Below, in pieces: positions 12,921-23,733 of a stretch of 64,000 bases of DNA (the stretch's first letter is position 1; every line of letters starts with the position of its first letter). A model generated the notes under the pieces. The model saw only the letters and a list, made by a program, of their open reading frames with translations, did not search any database and had not been told where the DNA came from. Made by a program: the position numbers and the translations under genes. Source of the DNA: Schmidtea polychroa (lineage: Eukaryota); NCBI GenBank assembly GCA_044892525.1, contig CM097887.1, forward strand, positions 140,904,397-140,968,396. The letters are read 5' to 3'.

Positions 12921-12985
12921 GTGAAGTTCAAGATGCTATATCACTAGAAGCTTGAAGAACCCGAAAGAGTCACCGTTAAGAAAAA
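12340..12985 (+). repeat. Mosaic of three local duplicated blocks (A, B, C)
   Basis: 12340-12700 matches 17415-17735, 12705-12857 matches 3765-3925, and 12857-12985 matches 6144-6358. Confidence 0.88.
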
Positions 12986-14816
12986 TTTCACCAAAAACTT
13001 CCACCAATCATATCAAACAACAAAAATTTTGTATAATTTTGAACAAATAATTCATTCAAATATTTGACTAAACAATGGCTTGAAATATGTAAATGTAAAT
13101 GCAATATAACTGAAACAACGAAACAGCATGATAGCATTATGTATTCTTTAGTACAGGGGTAGTCAACCTTCGGACAACAGAGTCTTTTTTAATTTTAAAT
13201 TTACAAATTTATGGAAAATTAAATTAAATAATGAATATGCTTTGAAATTCAAAGTCAAAGAATCGTTAAAATTTGAAAGAATTTCAGGTTTGCGTTAATA
13301 TAATTCATGAAATTTGTCAAACTTTAAATAATTTTCATATGAACATGTCGCAATACTTATTTCTTAGTTTGTAGTTTAACCTTAATTTGATATCTAACAC
13401 CGTATGAATATTCTAAAAAACCCTCAAATCGAAAGAGGAATTGTTAAATTTCATTTTTATAAAAATTTTATTAACAAATTTATTAATAAATATTAATTAT
13501 AAAACATATTTACTCGTCTTCTTGTCGAGGCGAGAGTATGCGTGAAAAATAGTCTATTGTATGGATCTCTATTTTGAGCCAATTTTGTAGGCTATTAACA
13601 AATATTAGATAATATATTAAAATATTATTAAATTACTTGTTTTGGCATTATTGATGAGCGATAACAAAATGTTAATTCAAATTTATATTTCAATTGCCAT
13701 TATAATAAACAATATTTAAAATAAAACTTTCAACTGATTTCTGAAAAGTCGTAGAAAAATTTGTTTAATTAACTCTTAATAGAAATTATAAATTTAATTT
13801 AATTTCTAAATTCAATTTAAATTTTAATAAACAATATTTAAATTATTATATTATTTCAGGAAAGTTTTATTGAAATGGTGGCTTTTGAGTGTTAATAGAA
13901 ATTTATCAGAAAAGTTTATAAATTTAACTTAATTAAAAAATATTATTTTTATCAATTATTTAACATATTACATGTCTAATGTACAAATTCGTGCATTTCA
14001 GATATAAACATATGAATGCTATTAAATTGATCAGTATAATAAATTAAATGATTAGTATATATTGGTCAGTATACATTTGATCATTATATAAATTAATTGA
14101 TTGGTAAATTAATTAAATGATTAGTATTTTTCTAAGGTGAAAAGTCTTTCCTATGTGTCTATAAAAATATGACAAAAAAAAATTAACCATTCTAGCCTCT
14201 GTCTGTAAAAAAATGACATTATTTTTGAATAGTTTATTTCCCATGCACTGTCGATTATATTATGACCAACTGTTTATAAAATTTTAATAGTATAATTTTA
14301 ATAATATAAAATTTTATTAGGATTGGAACGGGTGGGACACATAAAATAAAGAAGATAGGAAAGGGTTAAATGATCAGTACGTTGAATTTGATCAGTATAT
14401 AATAAATAAATGTCTAAAAAGTGTCAATTTTTTTGTTATTAAAAGAGTAAAGTAAACTGAATATAGTTGACATGATTCTTGATTGTATTTATTTTGATTT
14501 CGTTTTAATGATTAAAGTATTGAAGATCCTTGAAAACATGATATTAATGAATTTTCATATAAATACAAATAAATTTCACAATCATTAAATAACTTATTTT
14601 TCCCAATATCAAAACAATAACAAATATTAAAAAAACTACCCCAAACAATTAATAATTAATACAATTTTATGTAAATTTATATAATTTTTATATAAATTTA
14701 TATAAGAAACGATTAAAGAAGGAAATGTTCCTGAAGATATTCCACTGACACAATTAGATATCAATTCAGAATGATGGTCCCAACATTCGGTCAAGGCATT
14801 TATATACAAAAAATGT

Positions 14817-16578
14817 ATGAAAAAAACAACAATCTTTGTTGATCCATACATAGGGAATGCACATATCTTGCATAACTATAAAACATTCTTTTCAGGATTT
14901 CCATTTAAAATGTTTCCTGACTGGAATGAAATAGTTATGCCAATACCAATAGATAGTACATGGTGCATGTTTTATCTAAACAAATCGAGGAAATTTCCAA
15001 CCTTTATCAATCCAATGTTGCATGAAAGCATTCCCACTCACAGAATACTTATTATTGATTTGATAAATACTGTCAAATCAATACAAAGCATCATAACAGA
15101 TATAAATATTATCCTGAAGGAATCAATATATCCTAGATGCATAAATAATAATGACAGTCCAATCTATATATGTCATTTCATTAAATGCCTTAACTCGAAT
15201 GTTGAAATTACCATGCCAAAAACTCAGAATATGAAAGATGAAATGAAAGAACTTATTCTTCAAACCATTGAATATCGAAGACCGGATAATGACATTAAGA
15301 AATATAGAACATTTCTTAACGATCTCATCTTGCAGCTAGATAATGATCACATCAATTGTGACACAGCGCTAATGGAAATTGAAAGAATAAACAGTTTAAT
15401 TAATCCAAAGAACAATGAATTAAAGAAGATATCAGATCCAATACACTCAGCCAAGAAGATATCCTTTGAATTAACTTGTGTTAAGAGATTCAAATTCAAG
15501 ATTTCACCGAAAGAAGAACTTCAAAAATTGTGGAATAAAAAATTCATTATTAATGCACCGGAAATGGACAGATTCATAGAGGCCTTTGCAAACAACACCT
15601 GTCAATCTGAGCCTACAAGGAAACTCTTGAATATACCGATTTTTAAAGAGGAAAAAACCATCATAAAAACTGACTATGAAGAAATATCATATGTCATGAG
15701 TAAACTCGAAAAATCTGCTCCAGGAAAAGATAAAATAACTTATGGAGATTGGAAGAAAATTGATCCAAAATATGAATTCCTAATCTCATTATCAAATAAT
15801 ATCCTCAGAAACAGAAAATGTCCTGATAACTGGAAAGTATTCAGAACTAGACTGATACTTAAACCAGGAAAACAGGATAAAAGTCATGAAACATCTTCAT
15901 GGCGACCTCTAGCAATTATGGATACTGCATACAGAATTTTTGCAACCTTACCTAATGTGCGATTATTGGGATGGATAAAAACTGGAAATTTGATGAGTGT
16001 TAATCAAAAAGCTGTAGGAGCACCTGATGGCTGTGCTGAACACAATCTGTCAATCAAAATAGCAATTGAGCATTCCATAAGATCACAGAACATTAAAATT
16101 GCTAAAAGACATGTATGAAAATGTCGTCACATATTATGAATGTGAAAAGAATATATCAAGCAGAACACCAATTATTAAAGGAGTAAAACAAGGATGTCCT
16201 ATATCCATGACACTATTCTGTCTGACAATAGATTATATTCTAAAAGGTGTCTTAAAATCGAACCCATTCACTATACATGGATATAATTTGAGCATCTTGG
16301 CTTATGCAGATGACATCGTAATATTATCGGATACAAGGAAAGGCATCATTGAATCTCTAGAGAAGGTTGTGGAATTAGCCAATCAATGCAGCTTAAAATT
16401 TAAACCTTCCAAATGCGGCTATTACGAACTACATCAAAATCAAATGATTAATAATATTTCACTATATGAGGAAAATCTGCCCATAATCAACGAAGATATG
16501 ATGAACAACCTTCTATTGTGTATAAAGAACCACCAAATTTGGAGGAAAATGCGAGTGATGAAGAAGAAAGAACGTTAG
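14817..16578 (+). pseudogene. Non-LTR retrotransposon reverse transcriptase remnant (R2/R4/NeSL-like RLE type)
   Basis: SAPGKDKITY, RTRLILKPGK...WRPLAIMDTAYRIFA, QKA..DGCAEH, GVKQGCPIS and LAYADDIVI. RT domain 3 appears deleted at about 16100 and the element is 3' truncated. Confidence 0.88.
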
Positions 16579-17414
16579 ATAATTTGAATTCTATTCAATT
16601 AAAACTAGATGTCACAATGAATTGAGGGGGGGGGGGGTGTTTATTGAAATTTTTCATATTTCTATCAAAATTATTCGTTTTAAAATAAATTTTAATATTT
16701 TTTGTTCTCTTTTCAAAGTTAGGCTTAATTTCATTTTGAATATTCTTGCTTATGAATTTTGAATTTATATAATTGGGATCAAAATTTTTTTCTTTATAAT
16801 TTGGATCGATTTTCTGATTCCCTATTTAGGCGTTTTTCTCTGTTTTTCATTTAATTTTTGGCTCTTTTTGAATTTGGTCTAGAATTTATAAGGCCTATTC
16901 ATCATCTTTTTTATGAAACTTTGAGCATTTGTGTTTGCTCATTGCTCATTGAATGATTGTTTGTGAGAGTTCTGATATAATTCGAAGAGTCTAAATCATA
17001 TCTTTTGACAATTTTGTCAACATTAGTCCAAGTCTTATTCATTGATTTTCTAGAAGTTCGTTCAATTCCTGTTCATAGGTAATCATAAATCGATACGAAT
17101 TTGATTCAGTTCTTCTGAATCCAATTATTGATTTCTTCTACAGTGCTATGAATTGCACATTGGAAGAATTTAATTGAGCTCTGGTAAACAGTGGGAGTAT
17201 TCTTTCTGTTCAATTTCGTCACCGTTTTGTTTTAGTAAATCCTCACTCAAGCTCGCGAAACAAATTTCTTTTTTTTCTCATTGACAATTTTGATTTATTG
17301 ACAGCATTTTGATCCTCTTCTGAATTACACAAAAGAAATGTTTTATTTGATCTCAAAGATCCTTTATCAAAATTTTGGAATTTGTTTAATTAATTCTTTT
17401 TTAATAGAATAGAA

Positions 17415-17885
17415 AAAAGATAATTATTGCAGCAAACTCATCCGAGCGCCAGTTGGGAGTAAACAAATAAAATTATTATTACCCAATAAATTACTTTTCT
17501 CAGAAAAGTATAAAAAGGAACAGCTTGAAAGAGTCGAGAAGAAAACAATATCAGATTCAAGAATGTTTACAAAAGAGAAAATCCACAATAATCTTTCTGG
17601 TTTATATTCATAAAATGTATTAAAAATACAATAATAAGTCAATAATAATAAATATATTTTTTAATTTATTTTAAATATTTTAATTATCATTATTAAATTA
17701 TATTATAATAATATTTTCGCTGTAATGGTGACATTATGCATAAGCCAAGTGACGTCCAATGTCAAATTTACTTTTTTATACGACTTTTTCTTCTACACCT
17801 GACTTCAGTTGGAATTGAGTTCAAACATAATGAAACTAAGGATTGGACACTTGAAACAACCGAATTAGAAATTCCGATTAGAAAT
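17415..17885 (+). repeat. Duplicated blocks A+B
   Basis: Near-identical to 12365-12857 and to 3810-3968. Confidence 0.88.
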
Positions 17886-17886
17886 T

Positions 17887-18110
17887 CCAGAGGGAACCCT
17901 GGTCACAATAAAGCTTGCACCAGCCCCCACAACCCCCCCAGAGGGAACCCTGGCCACAATAAAGCCTTGCCCCAGCCCACACAACCCCCCAGAGGGAACC
18001 GTGGCCACATAAAGCTTGCCCCAGCCCCTACAACCCCCAGAGGAAACCCTGGCCACAATAATGCCCTGCACCGCCCCCACAACCCCCCCCCGAGGGAACC
18101 CTGACCACAA
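17887..18110. repeat. C-rich minisatellite, about 50-bp unit, about 4.4 copies
   Basis: Unit CCAGAGGGAACCCTGG(T/C)CACAATAAAGCTTGC.CCAGCCCC.ACAACCCC, with starts at about 17888, 17939, 17990, 18038 and 18091. Confidence 0.93.
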
Positions 18111-18173
18111 ATGATATTTAAATAATATTAATAGTATTTTATTATTATTACAAATTTCAAAATTTCAAAAGTT

Positions 18174-18335
18174 ATGGAACGTGTCATTATTAACATAAAA
18201 AAATGTATCGTCGAAGAATGTAATCCGGATCAAACTGTTGGAGATTTAAAATTATTTTTGGCTAATGAAAAACAAATTCCACTAGATAAAAATAAATGTT
18301 TATCTAGTGGAAATGTTCTGGACGATCAAGTTTAA
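18174..18335 (+). pseudogene. Diverged, truncated paralogue of the FAU ubiquitin-like (FUBI) domain, 53 aa, no S30
   Basis: [53 protein letters not shown] versus [54 protein letters not shown]. Both share AAATGTTTATCTAGTGGAAATGTTCT. Confidence 0.82.
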
Positions 18336-18794
18336 AATCAAACGATGAAATTTTTCATTAATATCTTTGAAAGTTTTGTTTTGGTAGAAAGTTTTTGCAT
18401 TAGTAACTGAAAAACCAATAGAAATATATGAGGAACAAATGAAAGACCCAGAACTCTTCAAAATAAGAGAGGAAATAAAAAAGGGAACTAACTAAAAGTA
18501 TAAAATCTGTAAGAAGTTAATTGTTATTGAGGATTTTAGCGGTAAACAAGTTATGAATTTTATAAACTTATAAAATTCGTGTTAATTAAATAAAGTTCAT
18601 CATTTTAAATATCATATTGTAAATATCCATATTTAAACTCAAAAGTGAATTTCACATTGAAGATTTCGAATTATAAATACTGTTTGGGAGAATATTTATT
18701 TACTAATCCATCAAATTAATATTAATATTATTATTGATTAAAATTTAAATTAAATTGACATGTTGAATTCGAAAATTAATTCAAAATCAAATCA

Positions 18795-18983
<189 letters not shown>

Positions 18984-19989
18984 TCATTTTTCCAAATACA
19001 ACAAGCCAAATATTCAAAAAATTTAAATTAGTAGTTATGATTTTGTGAAAAATAATCTAAAAATATGAACCGGGAATAATTAGATAATATATTTTGTAAT
19101 TTAGTAAAAGCTATTTTATATAAAGTTATATATTTAAAGTTATATATTTCATATAAATAAAAGATAAAGAGTAATCGGATACATTAATTTGTTAAACAAA
19201 TTTGACATTTTAATATTGTTGCGTTAATGAGTATGAATAGATTTGAAGAATTTAAACAAATATTTATAAATTGAAATACTTATAAATAGTTATATTTTTA
19301 ATTTCTTTTTTTGAGGCCAAAATTAAAACAGTTATTTTTAATAAGATTAATTGTCTAAGTTATAAAAAAAATTTATTTGCTTTCAAAATTATTAATAATT
19401 TGATGTTTGCTTCAAATTAAAAGTGTATCTTGTTGATGTTGATCACTTAAATGTCATTTTATTTAATGTCATTCAATAATTTATTATAATTTTTTTGAAA
19501 TTTAGAAAATTTTAAGTCTGCAAATAAAGATTTTCTTTAAATTCGGCCGAAGGTAGATAATAGCTCTCTGATACAATTTTAGTTTTTATTGTCAGATAAA
19601 ATTTATTTAAGGAGGCGTGAGGATTCACTCTAAAGTATGTCAAATGCTTTGCATATAAAAGCGTTTTGGTTGAATTTACTTATCGTGCTTTACTCGTTCT
19701 TAATGGTATCTGTTGATAAGGCCATTATTTTATGGGTTTCTTCACCATAATTAGCTTTTAATAGATGTGTCAATGTGCTTGTTTCTCATAAACTATCTTG
19801 ACATCTTAGGGCTTTAAAGGTGTAAATAATAAATTTAAACGAAAAAGATGAAAATGAACTAAACAAACAAACAACTTTTTATATGGCGTCGTTATGAGAG
19901 ATAAATAAATCTGAATACATTGCTAAACGTGTATTAAATTTTGGAAACCAAAATAAATTCTTAAAGAGTTTTGTTACCAGCAACAATCA

Positions 19990-20515
19990 CGCTACGTCTG
20001 CCAGCTTTGTTGCAGCTCTTAGCATTGGTACCATCGGAAAACCATTTACAGTCGGGGAGTTTTTTGAAAAACGCATTCATAAATTGTTCAGAATACTTAT
20101 TTAATGACTTCGCAAATAAAAACAAATAATTGAGAGAATCAAAGAAATGAGATTATCAGCTAGAACAGTCCAGCGTCGCGTTGAAGATATGGCCAAGAAT
20201 ATTGATGAACAGGTCAAAAATGATTTGTTATCTTGTGACATAAATAGCATTGCAGTTGACGAAAGTACCGACATAAATAGTATTGGTAGGCTTGCAATAA
20301 TTATTAGATTTGCATCAATAAAAAAAGATACTGATATTTTTCGTCAAGTACAAGAGTTTACAAATTTCAAAAATGGGCAAGTATTGGATTTAAAGAGTAA
20401 ATTGTTTTCCATAACAACTAACGGCGCTCCAAGTATGAGAGGAAAAACTGTTGGATTTGTAAAACTAATGAAAAATGAACTTGGCCGTTCACTTTTATCG
20501 TTTCATTGTATGTAA
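19990..20515 (+). pseudogene. hAT (Charlie/SPIN/GTF2IRD2-like) transposase remnant
   Basis: ASFVAAL..GKPFTVGE, LSARTVQRRVEDM, IAVDESTDI, ITTNGAPSMRG and LLSFHC. Internally deleted and frameshifted. Confidence 0.88.
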
Positions 20516-20689
20516 TGGAAAATGTTGTTAAGATCGTAACCATGATAATAGCGCGATCAGCATTACTATACAGCATTAATACAGCATTAATAATTCCGAA
20601 CCCAGGAATCGTCCTTACTAGTTTTCGGAAAATATTGCAAAAGAATTGTTTTCAAGTTATGTAGATGTTCTAAAAATTCTTTGGAAACC

Positions 20690-21170
20690 TCTTCATCTGT
20701 GATAGTCCATTTTAAAATTGAAAAATACTGTTGCAAGATTTTTGACCTTCAATGGACGGTTTGTATTTTCACTTTGAAAATTCTTTCTTTGATCTGTAAA
20801 TAATTTCTTTGGAGCTCCATATCAGAATATAATATTCTCTACAAATATTTTCGCAACTGTTTCTGCTTTTTGATTTGGCATTGTAAACAATGATGTATTT
20901 GTTGTCATTAGTTGTTCCCGGCAATGGACCAACGATGTACATTGCAGTTATTTCCATTGGCGCCTTTGGCACAGGCATAAGCTTTAGTGGAACTTTTATT
21001 TTTCTAGTTAGGCATATCTCACAAGTATGACACTATATTCTGACATCTTGTTCCATCGTTTTCCAATAATATTTCTGTTTCAATCTTGATGTTTTTCGCG
21101 CAGATAAATGCCCTCCTAATGCACCATCGTGGTACAACAACAGTAATGCTTTTCGGTGTTTTGTCGGAAC
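20690..21170 (-). pseudogene. Degenerate Ty3/Gypsy integrase N-terminus, related to the one at 9186
   Basis: Across frames: HDGALGGHLSARKTSRLKQKYYWKTMEQDVRI*CHTCEIC...PVPKAPMEITAMYIVGPLPGTTNDNKYIIV...DQRKNFQSE. Confidence 0.8.
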
Positions 21171-21210
21171 AATAATTAGCAAATTTTCGTTCTACACACA
21201 TTTTATTATA

Positions 21211-21540
21211 ATGTTAGCAAATATAAATTATCGAGGAAATTTTGATGTATCAAATATGAGGTTCCCACTAGGAAATCCATAGAAAATTATCGATAGAAAC
21301 GGGAAATACCCGATAATATTTTTCAAGACAGGTAAATGTAGAATCATGGGATGTAAGAAACCCTTGGATATTAATAAATTACAATATCGAATCAATAATA
21401 TTAAAATCCAATCAATCACCTTTACTATGGATATGGGACATAGTATCAATCTATCTAACATGTCGAGAAAATGTGTATGTTGGAACCGGAATTGTTTCCA
21501 GCACTAAGACTATTAAGATATAATAAAATATGTTTTTGTA
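21211..21540 (+). pseudogene. TBP-fold-like ORF remnant (1 stop, 1 frameshift)
   Basis: MLANINYRG...IIFFKTGKCRIMGC...IKIQSITFTMDMGHSINL, then (frameshift) EPELFPALRLL. IFxxGKxxIxG and EPELFP are TBP-repeat signatures. Confidence 0.65.
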
Positions 21541-21809
21541 GAAATTGCATACTTTCTTTATAAAGGGCTGCAGAAGCCCCCTCGCCCCCACCTATGGTTC
21601 CAGCACTGCAAATTTCAGTATATTAAATTTCAAGTAAATTTTAAATATATTTAATCTGTCCTTGATAAAATTAATTGGTTTCAAATTTAGATTTTTTATA
21701 TTTAAAAGTTCATCAATGTGTACATGGAAATATTCTTAGAAAATTATTGAAAAAATTATTTAGTCAAATTCAATGTCATTACAGTCATCAAATTGATAAT
21801 TGATAATTG

Positions 21810-21975
21810 ATGATCACTGTGCTACCAATATGTAGAGTATAGTAAGAAATATGAGTTATTTGGATAATACCTTGAATTGTGTTATAACTCTTGAGGAATT
21901 CAAAAACAAATATCCATTTTACACATTGTCTCAAAACGGTAATTTACGATTAGATATAAAATTTACAAAAGCTAT
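21810..21975 (+). pseudogene. Maverick/Polinton major capsid protein C-terminal fragment
   Basis: NCVITLEEFKNKYPFYTL..NGNLRLDIKFTKA resembles the MCP end motif (IS.EE(F/Y)K....F....GNLRL(D/E)IKF.KA), recalled from memory. Confidence 0.55.
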
Positions 21976-23159
21976 GTTGATGGGGGACTGGGGGTCGCGA
22001 GGTTTTCGGAAAGGAAAGCAAAAGGTTAATCTAAACAAAACAATTAGAGAGAAGGAAATCCTTTGCTGTTATTTAAATGTTTAAATAAAAGTTTATGCGT
22101 TATTATTAATCTATTCTCAGTGAGTATTTTTGTTGTTAATAAGATTCTAAGAGAAAAACGACTAAATAATAAAGTGGAACAAACAATTGTCTCTGTTAGA
22201 TAGGAATTTGTAGCTAATATAAAGAAATAGGTAGATAAAGTACACCAGTAAAATTCTACTGACTTCGAGATGGAAGGATATGTATCAATAAAATAATTTT
22301 TTAACTATAAATTCAATACATTAAAAGAAATTTATGAATTTTTTTTGTGATCATGAAATCTTCTAACAGTCAAAATAACTATTACTATTATTTATTAATA
22401 TTTCCTTATCGAGAATATAGAAGGCAGTATAAGTAGCACTTGCGCCATTAACATAACTTTAATAAATCTAATTGTAGTAGAGGACGTAGCTCGATATACG
22501 TCAGAAGCGGCAAACGGAAATGCCGTCGAATGGAAGTTATATGATAATTTTGCTATTTGTCTTTTTCGGCTATGTTTTTGTTTTTTCTGCATTAAAATGT
22601 GTTTCATGTCTAACTGCCTGTGTGTATCAATTTATTATTTTTGCTTTAGTTCTTTATTAATTTTTGTAATGAATATTTTTTTTCAATAAATGTCATTATG
22701 CGATTTTTATTATGTGTAGCTGTTGTCTCATTTACATCTACTCTGAAGTTATTTTTTTTATACGGGTTGTCTGGTTCCTATTCAGATGATTCATCCCAAA
22801 AAAAATTATAGACACTGAACAAAGATGGCTGAAAATAGTAAGCCCAAAAAATAAATGACATCAAACCAAGTAAAAACACACTAATTACTTTTTCAACCCC
22901 CATAAGACACACTAAAATTCAATTATAAACCCAAAGGTAAGAATCCCAATTTTTTCACGGAATAGAGTTCGAACAGAAAAGAATTACAAGAAGAATGTTT
23001 GACTAACAAATGACAAAACCAGCCAATTCTTAAGAAACGAAAACAGATAACCGAAAACAAGAATCTAAATGACATACACATGTGAGAGAAGCCAAATATA
23101 ATCAAAACACAGAAAACCAACCCAGAAAACACACATACCATTAATTCAATAATCAACCC

Positions 23160-23600
23160 AAAAACAAATATCCCCAACTATTTCACAGATGACAACGGAA
23201 CACCGCAAAAATGGTTAGAATTCGCAAAACTAACCTTAACGCTATCGGTAGTCAAGTCAACAAAATCCTTATGCTCCAACATAATAGCGGCACTACCAAG
23301 CAACAAATTAAATGAAATCGCCGATCAAATCGATGAAATATCAAAAGACGACGACCCTTTTACAAAACTGTGTAACATATTGACCAACAAAAACAAGGTC
23401 AACAGAAGGCAAATGCTCAACAATACACAGTTAGGGGACAACAAGCCCACAGATTTCCTACGACAGTTAAAACAAAAACTGGAGTATCTACAACCAAACA
23501 TAACAAACTCCGGTTCCAACGAATTGGTGAAAGAATTCTTCATGCGCGCTATGCCACCGGAAATTAGACGAATCCTAGCCGCTAGCAGTAACGCTGACAA
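23160..23600 (+). pseudogene. Ty3/Gypsy Gag remnant (CsRN1/Boudicca-like)
   Basis: PNYFTDD...KW...IIAALP....IAD...DPFTKLCNIL...RQMLNNTQLGDNKPTDFLRQLK...LVKEFFMRAMPPEIRRILAAS, containing the LGDxKPx motif. Confidence 0.7.
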
Positions 23601-23733
23601 TAACCAAAATGGTGTTACTTCTTTATTGCCAAATAGTTTGTTACAAAATAACATACGATACTCAAGAACGTGAAATTGCTAAACTAAATATAATAAACAC
23701 AAAACCGGCTAAAACAAGTTTATTTTTCATAAA

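Noticed and set aside
16622-17400. G-run PPT/LTR and a decayed gag-like frame after the non-LTR fragment
   Set aside because: No diagnostic motifs and no repeat copy to define boundaries.
18420-18560. Gypsy pol linker scrap (EEQMKDPELFKI)
   Set aside because: Too short to annotate with confidence.
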